Positions 26,723 through 36,197 of a stretch of 64,000 nt of DNA are shown here, one piece after another. Below the pieces are notes generated by a model. The model worked only from the letters and a program-made list of their open reading frames with translations, ran no database searches and had not been told where the DNA came from. The position numbers were made by a program, and so were the translations under genes. Every line of letters begins with the position of its first letter. Position 1 is the first letter of the stretch. Source of the stretch: a virus (lineage: Duplodnaviria; Caudoviricetes); the IMG/VR virus record IMGVR_UViG_3300043423_000073, positions 90,700 to 154,699 of that record. One strand, given 5' to 3'.

Positions 26723-27109
26723 ATGAATCCCACACGAAGAGGTTTTTTAAGCATTATGCTAGCAGCAGCTGCCGCGCCAGCTATTGTTAGAAGCGACAGC
26801 CTAATGCGTAGCTACATGCCTAGGCCTATTCTGCCTACGCTTTGGGGCGATGGGATGCACGATGACGCGGCTGCTTTGCAGGCACTGTTTGACGGCAAGC
26901 CTGTACAGTTTGGCGGTCATGAGTTCCGGGCCTCCCTTAACGGCGAGATAGCTTTACCATCAGGTAACCTTGTGGTAGCCTCCCTTCTAACCCTAGGCTC
27001 TGGTACCAGACTGACTGGTAGCAGTCTCGGCACTACGATTCGTAGCTCACATCCTTTTAAGGTGGCACCAGGCACCAGAGCTGACTTGTCTAACCTTACG
27101 TTCGAATAA
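26723..27109 (+). CDS. Twin-arginine (Tat) signal-like protein
   Basis: TRRGFL plus hydrophobic h-region; GDGMHDDAAALQA motif. Confidence 0.7.
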   Translation: MNPTRRGFLSIMLAAAAAPAIVRSDSLMRSYMPRPILPTLWGDGMHDDAAALQALFDGKPVQFGGHEFRASLNGEIALPSGNLVVASLLTLGSGTRLTGSSLGTTIRSSHPFKVAPGTRADLSNLTFE

Positions 27110-27216
27110 AGACGTGTAAACCGCTCGGCCTCGACGACATGATTACGCAAGCCCACCTGAGGCTGGCGCTTACTCTGTCCGTATGACACGCGTTAGAGCC
27201 GACCTCGGAGATCTTA

Positions 27217-27498
27217 ATGCCCGGCAAATTTAACCGAATCAAAAACAAGATCAACTTTGAGAAGAATGTGCCTCGTTGTGAAACGTGTGTTAGCTTCAAA
27301 GAGTCCCGAATTATTCTCACTCACAACTCCAAAACAGTTAGGCTGAACCATCACTGTAAACTTCACGGATTCGCCGTCACAAAGACGGCGTGCTGCGACA
27401 CCTGGAAAAACACAGGCGGTGAAACCGTCGAACCCCTGACCGAAAAGAAAGCGCCAAATGTCCCAACAGCCTGCCGTGACCAGCAATCCCCTTCTTAG
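27217..27498 (+). CDS. Cys-rich small protein
   Basis: CxxC…C…CCDxW. Confidence 0.7.
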   Translation: MPGKFNRIKNKINFEKNVPRCETCVSFKESRIILTHNSKTVRLNHHCKLHGFAVTKTACCDTWKNTGGETVEPLTEKKAPNVPTACRDQQSPS

Positions 27499-27739
27499 CC
27501 ATAGGGATTACACAACCCCGCTGCATGTTCAGGTACTCATGCAAGGCCGTAGCGTGTGTGCGATTCTGAAAGACAAGAAGCTCTATAGCGGTCGGGAGTA
27601 TTTCGTTGTCAACGTGCCAAACTTTATGACCACAGCTGTGCCTGCGGCTCACGTGCGCAGGTGCTCTGATCTTGACGGTAGGTGTACGTGTGCGAATGAA
27701 GACCCGACTGCAGGACAGCAGCTTGGATTGTTCAACTAA
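27458..27739 (+). CDS. Hypothetical protein
   Basis: 93-aa ORF. Confidence 0.5.
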   Translation: MSQQPAVTSNPLLSHRDYTTPLHVQVLMQGRSVCAILKDKKLYSGREYFVVNVPNFMTTAVPAAHVRRCSDLDGRCTCANEDPTAGQQLGLFN

Positions 27740-27802
27740 CGCAACACCGCACCACGCCCCACCTGGCAAACTGTAAATAAAAACTCGAAAGGTGATGAAC
27801 AC

Positions 27803-28909
27803 ATGAACGAAAGCTTCCACAGCAAGTATCGGCCGCCGACGCTTGACAAAATTATCGGACACAAGCAGGCAGTGACACGCCTCAAAGGCATGATTGAGTC
27901 TGGCAACGTGCCTGGCGCTTTTCTTATTACTGGTCCTTCTTCCGCAGGCAAGACCACGCTGGCACGGGCATTCGCAGTCGCCTTAAACGGCGTGCCTATT
28001 GAAGAGCAGCAGACGGATTACAAAGAGATCAATGCGGCGGAGACGCGAACCATTGACGACATGCGCGAGCTTATCAAGCTCTCCAAGTTTTCGCCCCGGA
28101 AGAACAAGCGAGTGTTTGTCATTGACGAAGCACAGCAGCTGCTCACCAATGCCGCAGCTGCCCAAGCAATTCTCAAACCCATCGAAGACGCCGGCGCAAC
28201 CAACACCGTGTGGATTCTTTGCAGTATGAGCCCAGAAAAGTTTGGCTCCTCCACTGGCAAGGCCATCTCTAATCGGTGCACGCAGATTGTGCTCGAGCCG
28301 CCGTCCGAGTCTGACCTTCTTCGCCAGGCTAAGCGCATTGTCAAGGCAGAGAGCTTAACCTTCCTCAACGAAGAGGCGCTGGAGGCCGTTGTTCAGAGTT
28401 GCAACGGCGAGTACAGAACGCTCGCCAATACCTTGCAGGCTTTGCGTGACTATCACGTCGGGTTAGGCTCGCCCAAAACACTGGCTTCAACCGACATTCA
28501 GCAAGCGATAAACAGCGCCGCTTCTAACGACGACGCCTTGGTGGTAGACGTGATTGTTGGTGCTTTAAGCCTCAAGTACGCGGCTGTCCATAAGGCACTA
28601 ATGAACGTCGCCGATCCCTTTCCCTTTGTTGGCAAGCTTTTAGCGGCGGCGGAGTACCAACTAGGTAATGCAGTCATGGAAGGTGCTCGGCATCCTAAGC
28701 TCTGGGGCACGCCCATTAACAAGGCAGTGACGGCAAAGCTGAAAGGCCTAAAGATTACCCTGAGAAGCTTTGCCGAATTGCAGGACACTTTGGTCCGCGC
28801 AAAAGCCGAAGCTGCGAGCTTTGCCGTTCCTGAAACCACCCTCTTGTCCTCTCACCTCTATCGGTTCATCCGCACAGTTGCAGCAACCTCCAATCCCACC
28901 AAAACCTGA
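27803..28909 (+). CDS. Clamp-loader AAA+ subunit (DnaX gamma/tau-like)
   Basis: KYRP…IIGH, Walker A GPSSAGKTT, EINAA, Walker B VIDEAQ, NRC (SRC-like). Confidence 0.9.
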   Translation: MNESFHSKYRPPTLDKIIGHKQAVTRLKGMIESGNVPGAFLITGPSSAGKTTLARAFAVALNGVPIEEQQTDYKEINAAETRTIDDMRELIKLSKFSPRKNKRVFVIDEAQQLLTNAAAAQAILKPIEDAGATNTVWILCSMSPEKFGSSTGKAISNRCTQIVLEPPSESDLLRQAKRIVKAESLTFLNEEALEAVVQSCNGEYRTLANTLQALRDYHVGLGSPKTLASTDIQQAINSAASNDDALVVDVIVGALSLKYAAVHKALMNVADPFPFVGKLLAAAEYQLGNAVMEGARHPKLWGTPINKAVTAKLKGLKITLRSFAELQDTLVRAKAEAASFAVPETTLLSSHLYRFIRTVAATSNPTKT

Positions 28910-28919
28910 AAGTTCCCCC

Positions 28920-29603
28920 ATGACTGAAAAACTTGCATTTTGTGTCTCCTCCAACTCTCCTTTGCATCAGCAGCTTCTGCGACATCCTGTGCGTCCGTCT
29001 GCGCCTCCCTACCGTAATGAGGTTTTGTCTGACATTGCCCTCGAAGCCGTTTTGCGCAGCGTTTGTTTTCTTGATCGCAGTTTCTGTGAGACTGAGCCTT
29101 ACTTTAAGCAGATCATTCCCTACGTTATGGTCACACGCACTCACGAAGGTGTGAAGCAAGTTTTGACCTACGTGCGAGGTGATGCCTCCGGTGAGGCGCG
29201 ATTAAAAGCTGCGCTTTCTATCGGCTTTGGCGGTCACATGGACGATACAAGCGAGTGGGTGGCCGTTGGCGGCCAAATGGATCAATTTTTACGCTATGTG
29301 CTCAGTGAGGCTCGCCGCGAGCTTGTTGAGGAGCTTGGCGATTCTGCCACCGGCCACTTAAACTTTTTCTATCATGGAGCGCTCGCCGACGACTCGACTG
29401 CTACTGTTCACGCGGTTCATCTTGGTCTCCTTTTTGAGACCACGCTGCCTGACCTCAAGCTCGAATCGGCAGAGCCCGACACCATTACCCAGGTTGCCTG
29501 GCTCGACGTGGAGAAACTACGCACGGCAAACGCTGATACGTCAAACAATGATACCTTTGCACGACTTGAGCTGTGGTCGCGCCGCGCCTTGGCCACACTC
29601 TAA
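28920..29603 (+). CDS. Nudix-family hydrolase (phosphoesterase type)
   Basis: KQIIPY…GEARL…SIGFGGH…ARRELVEELG…VHLG. Confidence 0.8.
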   Translation: MTEKLAFCVSSNSPLHQQLLRHPVRPSAPPYRNEVLSDIALEAVLRSVCFLDRSFCETEPYFKQIIPYVMVTRTHEGVKQVLTYVRGDASGEARLKAALSIGFGGHMDDTSEWVAVGGQMDQFLRYVLSEARRELVEELGDSATGHLNFFYHGALADDSTATVHAVHLGLLFETTLPDLKLESAEPDTITQVAWLDVEKLRTANADTSNNDTFARLELWSRRALATL

Positions 29604-29730
29604 AGCACAACGGCAAAAGAAAACTGTAAATATACTGTGTGACAAGAGTTCACACTCACCCTTTCCCCCCTGCACTTTTCACAAGTCAATCCCAAACCCC
29701 AACCAACCTATCCACACCAGAGAGCACGAA

Positions 29731-30642
29731 ATGAAAAACCAACTCGTTGAATCCGGCCAAGTTTATCAACTCGCCAAGAAAGAAGATCTGATCTGTTGCG
29801 TCATCGCAGTCAGCAACCAAAACCTGTCTCCCAAGATTGCCGAGATTTACCCGGAGATGGTCACGTATGTGAACCACAAGGGTGACATTCGCTCAATGCC
29901 TCTGGTCGAGTTTCAGTCCCGCTGGGAGCCTACTGGTGAAACCGTTGAGCGCCTTGAGTACCTTGACCAAGCCGCCGCTGACCACATGGCCAGCTTCATT
30001 GCCGGTGACGACAGTGCGGCCGATACCGCCAACGATGACGCGGACGACGCTGACGGTGATGTTGAAGACGTCGATGCGGTTGATGCCACAAACATCCCTG
30101 CCTTCAATGCCGGTTTCTCTTCCGACGAGACCGGTGAGGAAACTGACGAGGAGACCATGCTCAATGTTGGCCCGCACAGCCTCAAGAGCGCATTGGAAAC
30201 CAACTTCCTCTCCTACGCCGAGAGCCCCGAGCAAGGCATGTTGGTTCACAAACTTGAGTTTTTGCTGCAGGACGGTCTGACGTTTGACGCAATTTCTTTG
30301 GCCTTCACACCTGACAGCCCCGAGTGCATCGACGTGTTCTCTGTTGGCGACATTCGAGTTGACTGGGAAGTGTTCAGCGGTGTTTACCCAACCGTCCAAC
30401 CTGGCCTCGGCAAGATTGCAACCGTGTTCCTCAAGACATCGGATGCGGCTTTGGGCATTAACAATGCCGAGCACGAGGCGCCAGCTGCCGAGGTTGCCTC
30501 ACGCCTTGCGTCGACCGCAACAGCTCCCGCACCGGCACAAACGCTGACCACCGTACCTACTGACGCCGGCCACTCCATGCCTGGCAACGGCGCGGCTGTG
30601 GAGACAACCGGTGGGGCTGCCCCTACCTTCACGGTGAACTAA
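29731..30642 (+). CDS. Acidic hypothetical protein
   Basis: ATG at 29731 after a CA-rich leader; upstream part of the listed ORF is probably non-coding. Confidence 0.75.
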   Translation: MKNQLVESGQVYQLAKKEDLICCVIAVSNQNLSPKIAEIYPEMVTYVNHKGDIRSMPLVEFQSRWEPTGETVERLEYLDQAAADHMASFIAGDDSAADTANDDADDADGDVEDVDAVDATNIPAFNAGFSSDETGEETDEETMLNVGPHSLKSALETNFLSYAESPEQGMLVHKLEFLLQDGLTFDAISLAFTPDSPECIDVFSVGDIRVDWEVFSGVYPTVQPGLGKIATVFLKTSDAALGINNAEHEAPAAEVASRLASTATAPAPAQTLTTVPTDAGHSMPGNGAAVETTGGAAPTFTVN

Positions 30643-30655
30643 AAACTTACCAAAC

Positions 30656-30691
30656 AGAAAGCCCGGAGGAGACGTCTCCTCCGGGCTTTCT
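30656..30691 (+). terminator. Probable intrinsic terminator (36-bp perfect palindrome)
   Basis: AGAAAGCCCGGAGGAGAC|GTCTCCTCCGGGCTTTCT. Confidence 0.75.
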
Positions 30692-30708
30692 TGCTTACAA
30701 GGCGCAAA

Positions 30709-31707
30709 ATGAACAATCACTACGTAGTTGCTCGAATCCCTACCGAGACCGGCCCGAAGCTTACCTTTGGTAAGGTTGTTGCAAACGCAGCATCAACCTT
30801 CGATATTCGCGTCGAGCGCAACTGCCACATCAAGGCTACAACCGAAACAGTTGCCCGCTCCAACTTGGTGTTGGACTTGGGCCCAACACCTATGCCCGGT
30901 AAGGTTTACGGGTTCGACACCACATCCTTGTTCTATCGTGGCATGGACCACTATTACTTTGGCCCCATCCAATGGATGTACAAGCCAAAGAAGGCGGTAG
31001 GTGAAGCGCTGGTGAAGGCGTTAGACCGAGCAGCGACTATCCTCACCAAGCGCGGCTTCAAAGACGCTCCTGGCAACACTCTCTGGGAAGTACACCCAAA
31101 GGAGGCGGCAGGTAAGTGGGCAGGCTGGTACAAGATGAGCAAGAACCCGGAGCGCGCACCCGACTTGCTGGCAATCAAGCCCGAGAGTCTTCTCGCACAA
31201 GACAGTCTGCTCTACGTCATATTGCACGAGTACGCCCACCTGATTCACCTTCGTGGAGCAACCGGGGTCAAACTCAACGCTCGTTGGATTCGCCTGTTCA
31301 ACACATCAATCAGGCAGACCACCATTACCAAAGAAAAGTCGGCCGCCTTGTACGAACGCCTAATCGGCGGTCAGGAAAAGCCGTCCGAACTTAAGGGGCA
31401 GCTTGAGGAAGATGACAAGCTCGCCTACACTTGGATTCTGCGCGTTATCAAGGCCGATCATTCCATTAGCGTGTCAGAGCTTGACTGCCTGTTTGAGGCC
31501 GAAGAATTTGACGAGCTGAAAAGCATTTGGCCTAAACGCACACTCAACAAGCGGGAGCTAGCCCCCATCGTCAGCGAGTACGCCACCACCAATGTGAAAG
31601 AGCTTATTGCCGAGTCGATTGCCTTTCATCTTATGGGCAAAAAGCTGCCGCAGGGCATTGCCAACTTGGTTGAGAAAACGCTTTCTGTTGCAAAGGATCA
31701 GCTATGA
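30709..31707 (+). CDS. Zincin-like metallopeptidase-domain protein
   Basis: ILHEYAH and distal VSEYATTNVKELIAE. Confidence 0.65.
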   Translation: MNNHYVVARIPTETGPKLTFGKVVANAASTFDIRVERNCHIKATTETVARSNLVLDLGPTPMPGKVYGFDTTSLFYRGMDHYYFGPIQWMYKPKKAVGEALVKALDRAATILTKRGFKDAPGNTLWEVHPKEAAGKWAGWYKMSKNPERAPDLLAIKPESLLAQDSLLYVILHEYAHLIHLRGATGVKLNARWIRLFNTSIRQTTITKEKSAALYERLIGGQEKPSELKGQLEEDDKLAYTWILRVIKADHSISVSELDCLFEAEEFDELKSIWPKRTLNKRELAPIVSEYATTNVKELIAESIAFHLMGKKLPQGIANLVEKTLSVAKDQL

Positions 31708-32117
31708 AACTTGACGCCTTGGTTAGGTCCTCGTTGCCTAACCGCAAACTTAACGCCAGTTTGGTCAAGGTTGTTGGGTATAAGACAGGGCGAGACAAAC
31801 AAGGCTTAGCCGTCGCAATGTCAAAGACCTACACGGTCAGCGAGTTCAATCTCATGCGCCGAGTTGTCCCTGCGAAAGACCGAAACAAGTACGTTAGCGC
31901 AATTCGTTTCCTTGACAAACGTCTTAACGTCCATGTTGCGTGCTCCTGCCCTGACTTCATGTTCCGTTGGGAAGTCGCGTTAGCCAAGGTGGGCGCGGCT
32001 GTCATTCACTACTCAAACGGCCAGCCTCCGACAGAGACCAACAGCGACAATCGACCCGGCCTATGCAAGCACCTGCTCGCCTTGCGGGCTATCGTGAAGA
32101 AGAAGCATGGTATATGA
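31704..32117 (+). CDS. SWIM zinc-finger protein
   Basis: CSCPDF…LCKHL. Confidence 0.75.
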   Translation: MKLDALVRSSLPNRKLNASLVKVVGYKTGRDKQGLAVAMSKTYTVSEFNLMRRVVPAKDRNKYVSAIRFLDKRLNVHVACSCPDFMFRWEVALAKVGAAVIHYSNGQPPTETNSDNRPGLCKHLLALRAIVKKKHGI

Positions 32118-33058
32118 GCTACGAGCACAGTGAGGTTTTTGCTTCCTTAAAGGTGGTCAAGGAGGAAGTCAAAGTAAACCTAACCACCGCCCAATGGCTG
32201 CAAACCCTTGACTTCTTTATTGAGTCCGCCCTTGACCCTATTGTTACGGCCTGGCCGGCCTTCCTCGATAGCTTCTTTGCAAAAGTCGTCGCATGGCAAG
32301 TCACCCGACCCTCAATAAAGTTCTCTCGCATAGAGAAGGCTGACCTTGCTGTTCACTTCTTTAACGCCGTCACTACCGACGGCCGGACCAAGCGTTTGCA
32401 TCAGAAGAAGATGCTGCTTAACCGCGGCGTCCTACTTGGCTGCGTACGCCTCTTCCTACAAACTGTAAATGACTACAAACAGGTAGTGTCCTGCTCGACT
32501 AAGCTTAGCCGTGTTGACAGGGACGCCTACGTGTATCAGTTTCACGAGAGAACAGGATGCAGCCAGCACCTATACTCCGCGATACGACAGTCAGAGTTTT
32601 ACGAGGAGAAGGCCACCCACTTCAAATCACTCATTGTGCAAAAGTACATTCGACTCGCCCTCACCAACGCGCAACGAGCGTACAAGATGGTCGAGTTTCG
32701 AGAAAGGCTGGACGACATTATTCAGATATACCTTGGCTACATGAGCAGGGCAATCGACAGATGTGACACGCGGCAAGGTGTTCTGACCACCTTCATTCAG
32801 TCCTGGTTCCACAGTGCGCGGTGCGAGGTTATTCGCAAAGTAGGTGAGACAATGAACTCATCCTACGACGAGCTAAGCGACGCCCACAACCCTAACGCAG
32901 GTCACACGGATCCTGATGCTACCGCAGAGACAATGCAGCATGTGGCCTACACGGCTAAGCTTTGCGACCCGCACGGTGTAGTCCGTCACCGTCTAGGTAT
33001 ACCTGAGTTTTACAGCAAGAAAGAGATTGCTCAGTTGCAACTCTTTGTTAAGCACTAG
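32114..33058 (+). CDS. Phage sigma70-like transcription factor
   Basis: LIVQKYIRLAL…DDIIQ…MSRAIDRCDTRQGVLTTFIQSW matches the sigma region 2.1-2.4 pattern. Confidence 0.65.
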   Translation: MSYEHSEVFASLKVVKEEVKVNLTTAQWLQTLDFFIESALDPIVTAWPAFLDSFFAKVVAWQVTRPSIKFSRIEKADLAVHFFNAVTTDGRTKRLHQKKMLLNRGVLLGCVRLFLQTVNDYKQVVSCSTKLSRVDRDAYVYQFHERTGCSQHLYSAIRQSEFYEEKATHFKSLIVQKYIRLALTNAQRAYKMVEFRERLDDIIQIYLGYMSRAIDRCDTRQGVLTTFIQSWFHSARCEVIRKVGETMNSSYDELSDAHNPNAGHTDPDATAETMQHVAYTAKLCDPHGVVRHRLGIPEFYSKKEIAQLQLFVKH

Positions 33059-33133
33059 CAGTTCTCATTTCCAATTCAACATTCCCAGTCAACCCCACCC
33101 AACCCAACCCCAACCAAGAGAGCAAAAACTATC

Positions 33134-34498
<1,365 letters not shown>

Positions 34499-34515
34499 CG
34501 CAGTCGTTACCATAT

Positions 34516-34547
34516 AAGGGGAGGGTGGGCTAGCCCACCCTCCCCTT
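34516..34547 (+). terminator. Probable intrinsic terminator (32-bp perfect palindrome plus T-rich tail)
   Basis: AAGGGGAGGGTGGGCT|AGCCCACCCTCCCCTT then TCTGTTTCTG. Confidence 0.8.
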
Positions 34548-34577
34548 TCTGTTTCTGTCTCAAACCAACTTTACATC

Positions 34578-36197
34578 ATGGCAAAAAAACCCACACCAGC
34601 ACCCACAGAAGCGCCGGCTAAAAAGACTAACAAAAAAGCGCCTACCGCAGCTAAGGAAGCCTTGCCTACCTTAGACGTTCAATCCCTTTTCTCTGCCTCC
34701 TTAGACGAAATCTCTAAACGTCAGGGCTTTGAGGCGTCAAGTCTTGACGTGGCTCCGCCTATCTCTTCCGGCATGTTGGCCGTAGATATGATTCTCGGCG
34801 GCGGCATTCGCCCCTGCATGATGACCGGCGTTGCACAAGAGCAGGCAGGAAAAACTACGCTCGCCTTAACCACGATGGGTTCTGCTATCCGTGCGAATGT
34901 GCCAATTATCGCCTTCGCAGACTATGAGGGCTGCTTCACGGCAGACACGCTTCTCGGTTACGGCAAAGGCAAGCACGCACGCCTTGACGAGTTGTTTGAC
35001 CTGTCCTCTGCCGCCGAATGGAAACCTGGGACTTGGGTAGGTCAGGTTCGGCACGATATTGACACGGTCGAACCCGGACACGCCTACGGTGGAACAGGTG
35101 TGCGGCAAGGTGAGCTTTTCTATCGAGGGATTAAACCCACAACAACCGTCACACTTTCTACTGGCCACCAATTGACCGGCTACAGACACCCGATGTTTGT
35201 ATTCCGCAAAGGTCGTGTGGCTGTGCTTCCTCACGAAGAACTGCAGATTGGCGACCAGGTTTTGGTAGGCCGCCAGTCTCGCGCCCACCCGTTGCGTGTC
35301 GCCGGCGCATTGCGCACTTTCGAGCTTCTGCCTCCCCCACGCTCAGGTGAGAACGCTATCCCCTTTACCCCTACTTTCGAGCTTCTTGTCGACTACGACC
35401 TGTCCTCAGTAACTTCCGTTCTTCTCACTGGGCTTACTGCACCTGTGTTCGACGTGTCCTTGGCCGGTGTTAGCGGAGACATCCTACCTCACTCTATCAT
35501 CACCAACGGCATCGTTACCCACAACTCTACGAAGAACTCAAAGCCCTACGTTCACTCAATTCTGAAAGGCATGGGCGTTAACCTCACCATGGACGAGGTC
35601 TTTGGCAAGAAGTCTAAGGACGGTAAGTGGGAGATTGCACCTCGTGTTCGCTATCGCGCAGAGTCAATTCTCGAACGCTTCTACGATTGGCTGTCTGAGA
35701 TTCTTCGCGAACTCCCAGACAAGCTGTATGTAGAGGAGAAGTGGTGGCTGCGATTCGAGGACAACAAGAAGAACAAGGCCAAGGTTGCTGACTTTGTCGA
35801 CGCGGGTATGACCCGCAAATACGGCAACGGTCTTTGGGTACCTGCCCCTGACGACAAGATACAGGCGCTTATCATTGTTGACAGCTACACGGCTATGCAG
35901 CCTGAGGTGAAAGACGAGGAGAGCATCAGCAACCAGCTGTCAGTGAAGGCCTCGGCGTTCTCAAAGCAGCTTGAGCGTGTTAAAGGCCGCATGGCGCAGA
36001 AAATGGTCACAGTCTACGGTCTTAACCATCTGCGCGATAATCCGATGGCTATGTACGGACCTAAGGAAACTGAGAAGGGAGGCAAGGCTTTGCAACAGTT
36101 CTGTTTTGCAGCCCCCACCCTCCTTATTACCTCGCAGGGAATGCTACGCGCCTCGGAAATGGGAGCACTGTATGCCGAAAACGGGACTAACGAGTAA
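34578..36197 (+). CDS. recA: RecA/UvsX-like recombinase, N-terminal precursor (contains cis intein and split-intein N fragment)
   Basis: ISSGMLAVDMILGGG, Walker A AQEQAGKTT, DYEG, Walker B IIVDS, NHLR…MYGPKETEKGGKAL. Confidence 0.9.
   Translation: MAKKPTPAPTEAPAKKTNKKAPTAAKEALPTLDVQSLFSASLDEISKRQGFEASSLDVAPPISSGMLAVDMILGGGIRPCMMTGVAQEQAGKTTLALTTMGSAIRANVPIIAFADYEGCFTADTLLGYGKGKHARLDELFDLSSAAEWKPGTWVGQVRHDIDTVEPGHAYGGTGVRQGELFYRGIKPTTTVTLSTGHQLTGYRHPMFVFRKGRVAVLPHEELQIGDQVLVGRQSRAHPLRVAGALRTFELLPPPRSGENAIPFTPTFELLVDYDLSSVTSVLLTGLTAPVFDVSLAGVSGDILPHSIITNGIVTHNSTKNSKPYVHSILKGMGVNLTMDEVFGKKSKDGKWEIAPRVRYRAESILERFYDWLSEILRELPDKLYVEEKWWLRFEDNKKNKAKVADFVDAGMTRKYGNGLWVPAPDDKIQALIIVDSYTAMQPEVKDEESISNQLSVKASAFSKQLERVKGRMAQKMVTVYGLNHLRDNPMAMYGPKETEKGGKALQQFCFAAPTLLITSQGMLRASEMGALYAENGTNE
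34932..35525 (+). mobile_element. Cis mini-intein in RecA (198 aa)
   Basis: Starts CFTADTLL, block B-like GHQLTGYRH, ends VFDVSL…NGIVTHN followed by Ser; no LAGLIDADG. Confidence 0.9.
36102..36197 (+). mobile_element. Split intein N-fragment (31 aa)
   Basis: CFAAPTLLITSQGMLRASEM… (intein block A) right after RecA GGKALQQF, then stop. Confidence 0.85.

Noticed and set aside
27110-27216. Possible ncRNA in a 107-nt gap
   Set aside because: Only short, unconvincing stems and no family motif recognised.
29374-29730. N-terminal 119 aa of the listed 422-aa ORF
   Set aside because: Overlaps the Nudix gene and a promoter/leader region; the real start is probably 29731.
35971-36171. Upstream extension of the 703-aa ORF as listed
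   Set aside because: Overlaps conserved RecA coding sequence; the ATG at 36172 has a GGGAG RBS and is the better start.
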